From assembly GCA_964016885.1 (NCBI GenBank), contig OZ024742.1, positions 211,420,001-211,484,000 of the forward strand: DNA of 64,000 bases, in the 5' to 3' direction. Of this stretch, positions 13,169-27,400 are shown in pieces (position 1 is the stretch's first letter; every line of letters starts with the position of its first letter). Under the pieces are notes generated by a model. It ran no database searches. It was given only the letters and a program-made list of their open reading frames with translations, and was not told the origin of the DNA. The position numbers were made by a program, and so were the translations under genes. Source of the DNA: Eledone cirrhosa. Its lineage: Eukaryota.

Positions 13169-14887
13169 GACTTATATGCCCCTCTAAATCTGATATAGGC
13201 AAAATTAGCAAATATATACTAGATAGAATTATCCCCCAAGTTAAGGTTAAAGTAGAAATTAAACTATGGGGTAACACTCATGAAGCAATAAGATGGTTTA
13301 ATAACATTACTGATAAGAAAAAAATCAAAATTTATTCAGTTTGATATTGATGAATATTATTCCTCAATTTCACCTGATACTCTACATGAAGCTCTTTCGT
13401 TCGCTAAGGATAATTCCGACCTTACGGATGCTGAAATTAAAATTATTATGGAAGCGAGGAAAACTATAGTTAAATTCGATGATAGCTACTGGGTTCGCAA
13501 TTTCTAATTTTGATATTACTATGGGTTCTAATGATTCGGCGGAAGTAACAGATCTTGTGGGAATTTATATCACCCACAGACTACAAGGAAAATTCAAGGA
13601 TCTCCACGGTGGAATCTACCGTGACGATGCGCTCCTATTAGTTAAGCATATGAATAACCAGAATTTAGAAAGGATGCGCAAAAACATCAGAAAGTTTTTT
13701 AAGGAACTAGGATTAAATATTACATTTGAATATAACCTCAAAGAGGTCAATTTCCTTGATGTTACTTTGAATCTCAATACAGATACGATTAAACCGTTCC
13801 ATAAACTAAATGAGAACCTTAAATATGTAAATACGAGTTCTAACCATCCACTCTCTATAATAAAATCCATCCCTAGAAATGTTTCTCTTAGAATCTCCCG
13901 CCTGTCGTCCAACCAACAAACCTTCAAAGAACATGCCGAATATTATGATGATGCACTTAGGAAAGCCGGACACCTAGATAATATAGAGTATATAGTCGAA
14001 GATCACCAAAACACCCAAAATAAATCCCATAGGAGTAGAAATAGCACAGAATCACCACCATACATACACTACCGCAATAGACACAATAATAGTCGCACAC
14101 CACCAAACAGAAGGCGATGTAAAGAGTATATTTGGTACAACCCGGTCTATAACAACTCTATTAAAACCAATCTACCCTCACAATTCTTTCGATTAGTTAA
14201 AAAACACTTTCCAACATCACATAAATATAATAAAATCTTAAACCCTAACACTATTCGACTTTCCTATTCAACCGCCCCTAATATTGAACAACATATAAAA
14301 AAGCTTAACGCAAAACGGTTGTATAAACGCCTTCCAACACATAACAATACACGTAAAACATTAGCTATAACATCACAAAACAACAAACAACATCCTGTCC
14401 TACATAAGCAACCTAATCAACCCATCCATGACAATACAACAACGCAAAATTATAATTGCAACTGTGTCCAACCAGGAATGTGTCCGTTGAACAATCAGTG
14501 TCTTGAACGCAACATCGTATACAAATGTACTATCGAATCGGATAGACAGGAGTGGTACTATGTGGGATTTACAGCCACCTCCTTCAAATCACGCCTTTAT
14601 AGACATCGATACTCGATAAAACATGAAAACCAGCGTTATGTAACAACACTCGCAGACAAGGCTTGGCAGCTGCGTGAAAATAACCAACAATTTCACCTAA
14701 AATGGGATATAATAGCGGCTGCCCCCCTGATTCCCATGGACAGGAATTTTGTAAATTATGTAATGTAGAATTATTTTGTATTATGAAATCCAAAAACATT
14801 TTATTAAATAACAGAATAGAGCGATCGTTATACTGTAACCATCGCTTAAAATCTACATTTTCATATTATAAATACTACCAGGATTGA
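13168..14887 (+). pseudogene. PLE reverse transcriptase / GIY-YIG endonuclease, frameshifted
   Basis: Main frame 13479-14768; upstream RT motifs and the C-terminal CKLC...LLN...CNH lie in other frames (shifts near 13325, 13500 and 14745). Confidence 0.85.
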
Positions 14888-15642
14888 ACGCCTGTTTCTA
14901 TCTCCGTTTGATTGTCAAAATAGATATTAACATTCTTTATTAGTCTTAAATCTATCAACTCTTCTATTATTTACCTTTTAATATAAACTGCTATAGATAA
15001 AATGAGATTTCTGATTCTTAATTCTATTCCCTAATGCATATACCAGCTGGCTACTAGCATTGATGTTATTCAGTAGCAATCGAAATCTCCCCCTTCCCCA
15101 ATTGACACTTTATAATTAATACTACTACACCAAATGACCAGCTCTGTCCACTGTCCAATTGGTCAAGTAGAGATTAAAATTGGCACTCCCAAAAATTCTT
15201 ATTTAGATAAAATAAACCATTTACTCATGGTATTCTCATTAGAAACCCATTATATACTTGTTTAGCAGTAAATTGAATTAACATCTGTCATACACTATCC
15301 CCTCTTTTTCTTCCTCTATTACTAATATAAATACTTCAATTTTTCTGATTTTATCCAATTTATCCAAAATCTCTGAAGAAGTGACAACTGATTATACATT
15401 TGCTATCGAATACTTGCTAACATTATATGATTACGCAAGCAGCGATACATAGGTATTCCGTCTGTTACAGAAACATATGTCAATACCTAATAAATTCCTT
15501 TTTTAAAAAAAGCGCTTTCATTTTATATTCATCCTTTCTACATTTTCTCCGGAATATAATTTATACTCGTTGAGCAAACCTTCACGTACGCTGTTCATCT
15601 CTAACGTAACGATATATTATCACTACATTATTGATAACCTGA

Positions 15643-15648
<6 letters not shown>
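13168..15648 (+). mobile_element. 5'-truncated Penelope-like element (RT plus GIY-YIG) with 3' pseudo-LTR
   Basis: RLICPSKSDIGKISK, FIQFDIDEYY, FDITMGSNDSAEVTDLVG, IYRDD, NFLDVTL, NCNC...CPLNNQCL, YKC...YVGFT...FKSRLYRH; (TA)n on both sides; degenerate hammerhead CTGAAGA...GAAACATATGTC at 15373-15481. Confidence 0.88.
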
Positions 15649-15681
<33 letters not shown>

Positions 15682-16604
15682 AGATGGCCATTGGTTGCTG
15701 CGACTGTTGAGAAAAAGGTAGACAGAAAACAAAATCGAGATAATCTATTTTCCTTGTGTTTATAAGATGGAAAGTCGAGCCATCATATAAGGTGACTTAA
15801 TAAAGACGAGGTGATCCAAGGAGTAGCCTGGTGAATGGAAATTTCCGGTTTGCAAGTTACTCAGGGCATCATCAAAGTGATCGCTTTCGGGAACACCAAC
15901 ACGACAGCCTGCTTCATCTCCGTAGAGAGAATTGCAGTGTTCACTGGTGATAAAATCATTGTTTTTAAATATCAGGTCAGCCCCGATTGAGTAGACCTCT
16001 GATCTCAAGCATTCCAGTCGTGACCATCCCAATTTTTTTCCTAGGCGCACTGCATCTATGAGCACATTATTCAACTTAGTCTTCTTTTTTAAGACGGTTG
16101 AGTGTAATTGGAAGATTATTTGACTGCTAGCTTTAGAAAATCGTGCCACCATACAGAGGCTCATCAATATTGGAGACGATGCACTAAATAAGCTTGTTGA
16201 AGGTGACTTGGAATTGAACTTGAGGGTCGATTATAAATCTACTGTTGAAGATGAAATGACATATATGGTATATTAGGCAGGGACATTTAAAGGTGCATGG
16301 ACATATGTTGTACGAGGAAGAGGACCACGAAATCACGCAAGTTTTTTTTTTTGTTCTTCTTTTGTTTTTTATATATATAAAGAAGAAGGTGTTGGCTAAG
16401 GGCAGTTTGAGAGTCAGATAAAAAGAAATGAATTTTACGGAGGATAGTCCGTTGAAAGGATAAATCTTCAACTTTGCGAACTTTTCAACCGTTTTTGCTC
16501 AAACGCTTCCATCAAAAATTTTCCTCGCTCCCTTGTCAAATCATCAACTCTCCTCTGTAAAATCACCAACGCTCACCTGTAAAATCACCAACGCCCCCCC
16601 CCCC

Positions 16605-16642
<38 letters not shown>

Positions 16643-17249
16643 TTGTATTATTCTTTAATATAACGCATAGATGTGGCGGCCCTCCCAAATTTTATATAAC
16701 GCCCCAGAAGTGTTACAAACGTATTTGAATAAATAAATAAATAAACATTGGTCTAAATCAATGTTTTTGTTTTTCTGTTTTAAATCTTATGCTTCATCCT
16801 TTCAACTCCAATCGACAGAAGTCTTTCCAATTTTCCACAAAGAAATTATTTTGCCCAGAGAAGTGGATATTCAATAATATTTGATTGTTCTTGTCACGTT
16901 TTATCTTTTTACTTTTGCTCTATGTGGTTTGAACAAAAGATTGTATTGGATACCGGGCGTTCTTTAAAGCGATAGCCGTTTCAAATAAGCATCAGTTTCC
17001 TTTTTAATTTATCCAGGAACCGTATGTTATTTATTTTATTTAGCGAAGATTAGACTACAGTATGAATGTTACTTGTATTTATTAATATAGTATCCCCACA
17101 AAAAAAGCTAAAAGGTTAGTTTGACTTAACTGTTTAGGTTTCGAAGTACAATTCATTGCTATACTTAAACAGTATACATATAGAACTATATTGTAACAGT
17201 ATGGATATATTGAATAAGTGTAAGAAGAATAGAGCTTCAGTAAATGGAG

Positions 17250-17380
17250 ACCAGGGAAGATCGCGTTTGAATTGGTGAAGGACCGCGACTAGTGGAGTGA
17301 TTATTTGCTGGAAAAGACCCGTTCAACCCCTGCAATCATGGAAAAACGGTGGGGATGATGATGATGATGACGATGATGTC
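17250..17380 (+). mobile_element. Short RTE-type LINE 3' end
   Basis: LVKDRD*W-like terminal peptide, short 3' UTR, (GAT)n tail. Confidence 0.45.
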
Positions 17381-18350
17381 ATACTCTCATAAAAATGAGG
17401 GCACGTTCGATAAGAGAATCCTACATAGATTGTAGTTGAAACAGTGTATTTGTTGCAGCTGGGACACCTTTGACGAAAGGTCTGCTTGATAAAGGCCCAG
17501 CTAGAGTGGAACAACAATTTAGTGCTACATTCACTCGAATTAAATATTATTTCCTTCTTCAACTGATCTATACAGATTTCTATATAGAACCTGTCTATGT
17601 TGATCTACAGAGCACTTATCTGTTAGACACGCAGTGACTAACAACAGAATGTTTTAAGTCTGCATGTCTGACATATATACGTAGCTTGTGAATAAAAATT
17701 TCAAGGGGTTTCGCTGGCCGTGGTGATCTCTGCCAAACATCTTTTGTAATGTATCGTCTTATTGGCTAATCTACTAATGAGAGTAATTGTTGCTCAAAAG
17801 CATCTGCCACTTTGCACGTTTATTTATCGTTTCGCTTTCGAATCTTCCTCCTGTATTTCGTCGTTTTATCATCAAAATATTTTTCTCGTTTTGGTAAGTT
17901 ATGTTGTTAATTTATATATGATTTTTTAAATTTATATTAACTATTTTTTTCCCGTTCGTTATAACATGCTTATAATATTGGTTGTATCATATTTACTTGT
18001 ATATGTGTCCATATTATTGTTCGTTTTATGTTAGATTATTTTATTATTATTATGTTAGATTATTTTTTTTTTTATTATGTTAGACTATTTGTATGTAATA
18101 TTTAATTTTTATTAATTCAACTATAACAATTATTATGTAAAATATATTTATTTAATATTGATTGTTTTTTTTTTGTAGTTATTTATATTAAAAGTTTGAA
18201 AATATTTTTATACATCTTACAATAATATTTATAAGATCATTTTTAAATTACAATTATATAATCTAATTACATTACAACGATAATTTATTATTAATATATA
18301 TCATGTTTAACTAGAGTTAAAACAAGTGTTGCCTTAAAAAAAATATTAAA

Positions 18351-18794
18351 CTAGACCTGAAAAATGCGCAAGCTCAAAAGAGCCACAGAATGTTATAATA
18401 AACCTTCAAAAGTGTGGGACTAGAGTTGTTGCTCAAAAATATTGTAATCATTATTTATCGTACTCCCTGTGGCATCCTTTTATAAAAAAGATACTCATAA
18501 CGAACTCAAGACGACACGATAATTATTTAAGTGAATTTATAATATAGAATTCGGTTTAAGTGCATTTCGGATTAATCATTACTAAACATCGAATATGAGA
18601 TATTGAACATTAGCTTAAATAATTATCGTGTCGTCTTGAGTTCGTTATGAATCTCTTTTTTATAAAACGATGCCACAGAGAGTACGATATATAAAGATTA
18701 CAATATTTTTGAGCAACAACTCACGTCCCACACTTTTGAAGGTTTATTATAACATTCTGTGGCTCTTTTGAGCTTGCGCATTTTTCAGGTCTAG
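18351..18794. mobile_element. Fold-back MITE with ~180-bp TIRs
   Basis: 18351-18530 is the reverse complement of 18614-18794 with a few mismatches; termini CTAGACCTGAAAAATGCGCAAG; no clear TSD. Confidence 0.8.
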
Positions 18795-18904
18795 TATTTT
18801 ATATGTATGTGTGTTTCTGTTCGAATATTTTTGTATGCGTATTGACATGCTCTATGTAAATCTATATAGAGCAGTATGTAATTGCACTTTCTGTAACCTT
18901 AAGC

Positions 18905-18908
<4 letters not shown>

Positions 18909-18980
<72 letters not shown>
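18909..18980. repeat. (GA)n microsatellite
   Basis: Directly visible. Confidence 0.95.
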
Positions 18981-18983
<3 letters not shown>

Positions 18984-19034
18984 TTCTTAAAGATGCGTGC
19001 TATTAACAACAAAAGCAGTGAGTGACCATAATAG

Positions 19035-20259
19035 TGTTTGCAAGTATGGATGTTATTGTATGTGTGGATTTATATGTTTTGAGTTATATGTGTGCATGTG
19101 CATATGCTTTGTATCCGTGCAAGTGTATATTCAGTTATTAGATGCAGAATTTTTGGAATGTTTTACATATTTTTACTGCTCCATTAATGAATTGCACTTG
19201 TAATTTTTTAACTAGTCGTGTTCTTTCTGTTTCTGTGAAGCCCAGCTTCTCAAGATTTGTATTGAGGCAGTTACTAACATATCCCAGTGCCCCAATAATC
19301 ACAGGCATAAATCTGAAGGTATAGTTAGGGTGGAGTATCTGTAGATTTCTCATTAGTTATGCATAAATATTCTCCTTTTCGCTAATCTTTGATATTATAT
19401 TGGCATCTGCTGGACAGCTAACTTCCACTACAGTGCATGCCTTTTCCCTGTCCCATATCATTATATCAGGTCTGTTATGCCTGCATTTTATTGGTTTTTT
19501 TACTGGAATATTCCACCAGTACTCTTTCATCATATTATGTATATGTATGTCTTCCACATTGCTGTAGCCTTTAATGTGTTTATTGTTGGGGCTACCTTTT
19601 CTACGGATTGCATTGTACAGTGTTTTGGCCACTACATCATGCCTCATAGGTAGATAGTACCGCGATGACATCTTTGGACAGCTGCTTATGACATGGGTGA
19701 CATCTTCGATGTTAATTCTGCAGAGTCTGCACTTGTTGTCACATCTAGGTGTTTTGCCTGCATCCCTATCTCTTTTGTGAATCAGGTATTTCGTGTTGAT
19801 TTCCTGTTCTTGGATTGCAAAAGCGTATCCTTCAAAGTGGGAGCCAATATAGCGGTTGTTGGTCCAAGATAGACTACTTTGTTTATCTATATTACTCTCA
19901 CTCTGGAACTTCCAGGCAACATATCCATGCATGATTTTTTTTGCCGATAAGCATGCAGTTTTTCATCCATGGATTCACTGCGATGCTGCTGAGCAACTTC
20001 CTTGGGTGTGAGTTTTCGATTATCACACAGGGAATATCTTTCAAGGAGTTCCTTCCCAACTCTCATGATCTTATCTGTCTCATGCAGATAGACTTGCTCG
20101 AGAAACGGGCCCCTACGCTTCGAGGTTCGTATATGTTGTCGGAGGGATATGATGCGACATTCAAATGCTATCTGGACTGACGTTAGGCCTCTGCCTCCCT
20201 GCTTACGTTTCAAGTAGAGGCGGTCTATATCACTGTTGATGTGGAAGTTTCCAGTGTTG
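19035..20259 (-). mobile_element. R4/Dong-clade non-LTR retrotransposon, 5'-truncated and degenerate
   Basis: RLYLKRKQGGRGL, EGYAFAIQEQEINT, CRLC...EDVTHVISSC, RHDVVAK, HNRPDIMIWD...VEVSCP...EK (restriction-like endonuclease), PVIIGALG. Confidence 0.85.
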
Positions 20260-23200
20260 ATGCGACATTCTCTGTTGAAAAGTGAAGAGGATGGAACGCG
20301 AAGCTAGCAACCTTACCTCTATTAATCAAAATTGCTAAAGAAACAACAAACAGATCCATCGAACGAAATGAACTGAAGAAGAAGAATTCAGAATGACGGC
20401 GTCTATGCTTACGCAGCATTAGATATGTCCTGCACGTTCAACTTCCTGATGCTTAATTTTCGAGTAAAAGGTTTGGAAAAATTGCTGATGTAAAATGTTT
20501 AAAATTAAGCAACTGAAAAGGTGGGGGAAAAGAAAGCTGTTATGCTGAAGGGTTTTCAGCGAGATTGCACCTGGCACAACATGATTTGCCGAATTAAAAG
20601 CTTAACATATTACAATCGATTCCGTTTAGTTGCAGTTCGTCATTGATTTAAGTTTTTGTCCAATTAACCGAATTCGATGCATGTGGTAAATTATGGGATT
20701 TCAATAGATCGTCCGTAGCAAGGAATTGTGGCTATGTTACGCATGTATAGAGCATATGATAAAGTAAAAATATACTTTTTTACTTAGAGTCTTTTTTGTA
20801 TACAGTTAATTTACTTATGTTCCATTCGGCCACAGTGTATTTTCAGATGTTATCCTTCAATTTTGTTTATGATGAACAGAATATGCCAAATCTATGTCTT
20901 TCACTCCGGCGTTTTTCCAACACGCACACTTTGGACATGGAAGTTTTACGCTTTATTCTAATTTTAATACTTTTTCAATAAACAGCATTTTTACTACTAC
21001 ATCTGCATTCGCTTTTCACTAATCTTTTTAAGATTTGTTTTACATAGCAGCGATAGACAGTAATCCAGTTATTGGATTATTCTACCAACAAGATAGGAAG
21101 GGGTCTACTTTTTGTTAGTAGGGAATAAATAGAGAAATTATATGTAATCATTATTGTTGTGATGCCTACGAACAATTCCTTTAATTGCCTAGGGATTTTA
21201 TTATTATTATGCTAGCTGTTAAATAAGGTTTTCTTACTGTCGGAGAGGTATAACAATTTTATGTAGACATTTAAAATGTTTAGCCAATGATCTAAATAGG
21301 TGAATTCTTGCAAACATTCCCATCGCTGTTTATTGAGGAATTTCCAGCTACCGACTACATATGGTCCCATACAAATATAAATTTTCATATATTGACATTA
21401 AAACGTTATCAAGTATCGTTTTCCGAATGTTTTTTTAGGGGGGAGGCGGAGGGGGGAGGGGGCACATAATACTGAATTGATTCACTTGTGGTACTGGATA
21501 GATGAAAGTATCACGTATATCTGGTAACGAATAGATAAATTACTTATATTCTAACGTTTTTTTTGTTGTTGTTTTTTTTGTTAACTAATCAAATTTCGAT
21601 ATACTATTAACTAATCATATATCGATAACTTTTTGACCATTTTGACACGACGCTACTCTTTTTCAATTGTTTGAATAATCGGAGACGTTAACCTCAGACT
21701 CACGATTCAATGGGCTTCGTCTCTTGATGAAATATGTGGATTCTACGTTATGTTCTGAATACCTTTGGTAAACGCAACCTTTCACCAAGTGATATTAAAC
21801 ATTATAAGCACTCTCTGGGAGAGAAACGGGTCCATGGATGGTACTCGTATCTATCGCGACTATGTTACTGATTAAACAGCAGAGCCCTACCCTATTCCTC
21901 TATCTAAAATTAAGTATTTAAATCTATTTTTTTAATGGAATTTTCTGGTAACTTTAATATTGTCTCGTTATAATTATTCAGTTACTTAGCTTAGGTTGTT
22001 TCTGTGATGTAAAAATTCTGTCCCTCTAGAAAAGTGGGTAGTAAGAGTGTTTATGTCTGTGTTTGTGAGAATTAGACTATGAATGAAATAACTGCTAAGA
22101 TTTTCAATGTGTAGACTTCACAAGTATCTACTTGATAAATAAATACAAATCAGATTCACTAACTGTTCACTATTTATATGTTTCATATCTGTTTTTAAAA
22201 AATTCTGGTTTTTCAAATAATTGTAACATAAGTTTTGATATGTCGGATGAGACAATTAATATCTCCTACTTGCCATGTCTTCATATTTTGACGTTTAAAA
22301 AATTGTTGTTTTTAATTATTGTGGCGCAATGGTGCAAATATGTGGTGTAGGAGAGTCCAAAGATTTAGTGTTTGATAATGTAATTGTGCTAATAATGATT
22401 TATTACATCTATTTTCATTAGTAACAATTTCTCTTCACATCCTGCAGTTATCATCTATTAAGTTGATTGCAGCCCAACTACCCTTTACTGCAACGTCACT
22501 ATTCCTAGTAGATAATGCATGGAATTTTAAACATATTTCAAACCTCATTCTCTCCCAACATCTTTATCTGATCTGATCATTGGAACATATTTTTGAAAAG
22601 AGGTAGATTAACAACATCCATAGCAAATATTGGTTTCTGAAATGGGGTGTTGCATCGTCTATAGTTCTCTGTGGGTGGAGGTTAAGTGAAAATAGTTTTA
22701 CCGAGAATAGAAACAGCATTGAGGCCTTAATTTGGCAGTAGTTTAAACCTTTATGGCGCTCACCACCAATAAATATATATTTTATAAAAAGATACGTTCC
22801 TACAATTTTAACGACTTACATAAGTATAAAGCCACAGATTTATGGGGAAAAAAACATGTGCTTGTGTGGCATTCATGCATTTCTGAATAACGACGACAAT
22901 GAAGCAAACATAGTTATGTCAATAACTTTGCTTTTCATATCTTCGAGGATTAAAAACCAAGTAAGAACTTTGTATTAACTAAGGAACAATTTAATATTCT
23001 TCCTACAATAACCGTTGAAAAAGAAATAACGCCCATGCGATAATATTCATCTAAGAAAAACATTTCAGAATTTTCAAGAATCTCCAGATTTTATTTTTTC
23101 TTCTCTAGAATGTGTAGAATGTTAAAGTATTGCCATTTCCATGAATTCCAGATTTTCGAGCTCAGTTTTGTTCAAAGTTGATTCGTTATAGTTATCATTG

Positions 23201-23309
23201 TAGTGACTTCCTCTTTAAAATAAAAACAAAAACGATCGAACCACAAAAACAATGTTTCCATCGGTCTTTTAATTGTTCATACTGTCTGCCAGTCGCAACT
23301 CCTGGCTGA

Positions 23310-23525
23310 AGGAGGCGGTATTTGAACTCAGTACGCACGGAGCCGTATCAAATACTGCAAAGCATTCCGTCACATTCTTTAAGATTTCTGTCAATCCACC
23401 GCCCTCATGGACTGGTACTTTACTGACCCCGAAAGGATGAAAGGCTAAGTTGACCTCGGTGGGATTTGAACTCAGAGTGCGCAGTCATTTATCTGACGCT
23501 TCTATGACTGCTAATTATCCGCCAT
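23310..23525 (-). mobile_element. tRNA-derived SINE family 1 (two partial copies)
   Basis: Reverse-complement GAGTTCAAATCC box B and CCTTTCATCCTTTCGGGGTC body. Confidence 0.7.
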
Positions 23526-23759
23526 GAAAAAATTCTTTAAAAAATGTATAATGTTCGCTCATAAATTTATAATAAATATTTCTAGAGTTCAATCTGAGTT
23601 AAATATAATTTCTCCTCTTACATATTTCTCCATTGACTGTCATAACAGAAACATCCAAAAATTACTCCTAACATCATTCTTCAAATTTTCGTTTCTGGGT
23701 TAAGTTTTAAATTAAAAATGTCTAATTTACTTTGTAAATTTGACATCGCGAACAATTTA

Positions 23760-23943
23760 TGAGGATAGGCTGAAAAGTTCATAGGCTAACTATGAAGGAG
23801 TGAAATCTTGCATGCATTAATTTCAACTCTTCTTATTAATATCTACATTGTTTCTTTCTAGAGATTATGTTGAAAAATAAACCTTATTTGGTAATTCCAT
23901 GAGAGTATCTTAGCCAGACTATGAGCCTTTCAACCGATCCTCG
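23760..23943. mobile_element. mariner-type MITE
   Basis: TA|(t)GAGGATAGGCTGAAAAGTTCATAG ... CTATGAGCCTTTCAACCGATCCTCG|TA imperfect TIRs with TA flanks. Confidence 0.7.
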
Positions 23944-24113
23944 TATATTGTTCTTATTGGGCACACCGAAATACCTAATATCTTGATTGGAAAAAAAAAA
24001 CTTTTGACAGTTTCTCTTTAGAATATTTTTTCTTTTGATAAACATTCCCTTCAAACATTGAATCTCATCTGTAAATAATGGTTTTTGAGGAAAACGATTT
24101 GGAGAGAGGAGAA

Positions 24114-24281
24114 AGTCGATAAACCGACCCCAGTATGTTACTGGTACTTTATTTTATCGATCCCGTAATGACGAAATACAAAGTTAGTATCAGCAGGATT
24201 TGAATGTAGAACAAGGGACGCAACTATATGTCACAAAGCATGTTATCCGATGTTCTATCGATACGGCAAACCCACCGCCCT
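24114..24281 (-). mobile_element. tRNA-derived SINE family 1
   Basis: CTGGTACTTTATTTTATCGA...GGATTTGAA...CCACCGCCCTT, the reverse complement of the 4591 copy. Confidence 0.7.
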
Positions 24282-24448
24282 TCATCTAAAAATAATAAAT
24301 AAAAAACAAATCTCCAATATTCAGAATTCTTTTATTATTCTTATATTTGTTGACGCCAGATTTGTAGGAGAAAGAGGAATAGAATAGTGGTGACTTCCAT
24401 AATTTTTTGGTGACATGAAAGTGAAATTGCTACAGATTTATTGATATA

Positions 24449-27400
24449 CTAGCAGTGGTACCCGGCGTTGCACGGGATAAGGTATTTTGGAACGCGGGCC
24501 GCCAACAGACCTAATCGTGGAAAAACTGCATGCGTGGACAATCATCATCATCAGGTCGAGCTTGCTCGGCTTTCTACGACACGTTTCCTCCATCCATCTC
24601 TGTCTCTCATAGCGTTTGCCAGTTCTTCCGCAGTGCATCCAGTATCGTCCTCAAGTTGCTTGACGTATGTCTTCTTGGGACGACCAGCGTTTCTTGCTCC
24701 ATGAGATGGACTCCATAACAACACGTCACCTGCTATTTCTTCCTTGCTGCGCCAACAGTGGCCAGCAAATCTGAGTCTGTCCACGTATTGACCTACTGAT
24801 AGGTGGTATATTGCCATAGAGATCCTTATTTGTTGGGTGTTCCCTCCAAGACACGTTTAAAGCAGCGCGGAGCATACGTGTGTATGCCCCGTCTAGCTTT
24901 TTCTCCAGTTTCGACGTTAGCGTTCAAGTGATAGAGCCATAAACAAGCACAGATTCCACAGCAGCTCTGAAGAAATTCCTTTTCAGTTTGGCCGGCAGGT
25001 TTGATTTCCATATCTTTTCCATTGTATTCAATGCTCCCCAGGCTTTTCCCAGTCTGATGTTAACTTCATGTTCTGTGGAGGCGATATAGCTACCCAGGTA
25101 TTTGAAGTCGTCAACTTGCTTGATTATATCGCCGTTTAGACTTCGCATACCAACTGAGGAGTCTTGGTTCAGGCAAATATATTCTGTTTTGCTTGCGTTG
25201 ACATAGAGTCCGATTTCCTTTGCAACTGATTCGATGCTGTGAAGTAGTGATGTTGCATCCTTAAGGTAGTCAGCGAGGACCGCTAAATCATCCGCATAGT
25301 GATTTTTTGATCATCGGTGATTTTTTGAGCTGCATGGCGTCTACACTTTCGCTTTGTGAGAGTGAAACCAAGCTCTAAGTTTTCGTCCAGGGCTTTTCTC
25401 AATACATAGTCGAGGCAGATGATAAAAATATATGGTGCAAGAGTATCCTCTTGGAGTACTCCTGAAATGATGTCAAAGAAGTTGGTATCTCCATCAGGTG
25501 AGCGCACCATTGCGCGGGTGTTTTTATATAACATCATGATGGCATTTACTGTTTCCTTTGGCAAGCCGTAGGCTAGAAGTATCTCTCTCATCCTCCCACG
25601 ATGGATGGAATCGAATGCTTTTGAAAAGTCAATAAACAGGAGAGTTGCTGGGAGGTTTTTGGCTTTTACGCCTTCCAAGATACGCCGAATAGTAAGTATT
25701 TACCCTGATGTTGATCTGTTGGTGCGGAAGCCATTTTGTTTTTTTCTCAGAAAGGGGTCAATGACAGGTCTTATTCTGTCAAACAGCATGAGATTGTATA
25801 TCTTTGCGGCAATTGCCATTAGTGTTATGCCACGGTAGTTTTTAGCCATTCCAAGATCGCCCTTTTTGGGAAAAGGGAGTATACATCCCTCAGTCCATTT
25901 GTCTATGGGGTCTTGATTATAGACACCATTACACAACTCCAGTAGGATTGGGTGAAATTCAGGTACCTTCCACACTTCAGCTGGGATCTCGTCGAGTCCG
26001 CACGCTTTTCCGTTTCCAATACCTTTCACTGCCTTCTGTAGTTCCTCCATAGTGAAAGGACCTTTCTGTATTTGGTGTTCCTCTGTAAAAACGGGTATTA
26101 TTTCTTCTTCGATGATCTGTGGTGCTTTGCCAAGTAGGTTCTGAAAATGTTGTTGCCACAGTTTTAAATGTTCGTCTTGGCTGGAGGCTTTCAGTTTGGC
26201 TCTGTCACTACTTTTTCTGCCACTAATTTCATTGACAGTTTTCCAGGCTTCAGCAGACTTCTTATTGCTGACAGTACTCGAGATATGATTGATCTTTCTC
26301 TGCGTGTATTCGGCTTGCTCAATTTCATACTCACTTTTCAGTGCTGTACAAGCAGCATTGAAGTTACTAATGTTTTCTGGAGATCGTTGAGTGTCTTTCA
26401 ATTCTGCAGCTTTTCGCAACTCTTTGCGCTTTTGGCGTATCCTCTCTGTTTCCCAGGGTTTTCGTTTTTTAACCTTGGGTTTTAAAGGGATGGTGTCGGC
26501 CGCTGCCTCTTTGAATGCCATTTGAAAGTGGTTAAATGTAGAATTTGACGATTTTGCTGGCGCAGAGTCTTGTAGGGCAGCAAATCGGTTGCTCAGTTGG
26601 GTTACAAAGGTTTTGTAAGTCTCGGGATTGGTATTCAGAACTGCCCAGTTGTAAGGAGTAGCATTTGCAGATTTCTCTTTATCCACTCGGAGACCTAATC
26701 GTATCTTGGCCGAGACAATGCGATGATCCGAGTCAACACTAACAAATGAGTCATATGCTCTGCAGTTTTTTGCGCTGTTCTTCCATTTTCAATTGATTAT
26801 GATATAATCCAGTTGTGTCTTGTCGCCATTTGGAGATTTGTGTGTCCACCGCTGGCCTGGTCTTTTTTGGAATATGGCGTTGAGACAACGTAAATTGTTC
26901 TCACACAAGTAATCTTTTAGCATACAACCGTTTCTATTGGTTTGTGAGTGGTATGAGAATTTGAATTTGTCCAAGACGCGCGTTGAAGTCTCCGCCAATG
27001 ATGAGAACATTATGTTTCGGGACTTGTCTAGTGAGTGATGTTAGTTCCATGTAAAACCTCTCTACTTCGGCCATGTCACATACATTTGTTGGACTATAGC
27101 AAGAGATTACAGTGGTTTTAGGATTCCCGTTAAACGTAGCTATCATTATCCTTGATGTTATCATTTCAACACTCGCAAGTGCGTCATAGGCTCGCGGGCT
27201 GAAAAGCATTCCAACTCCACCATTTGCTGCATTCATGTTGTTTTTACAAGCTGAGCAGGTTCTCAGCCTCCAATTGCCAAATATTTTCTCCTTTGTTACA
27301 AGCTCTTCATGTATGAACCGGTGCTCCTGAAGACAGATAACATCATGGTTGGCCGCCCCTGCTGAAGCAATCAGTTCAGGGATGTTATGGCCTTTCTAGA

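Noticed and set aside
20420-23250. Possible host exons in unique AT-rich sequence
   Set aside because: No ORF with recognisable motifs and no convincing splice-site pair.
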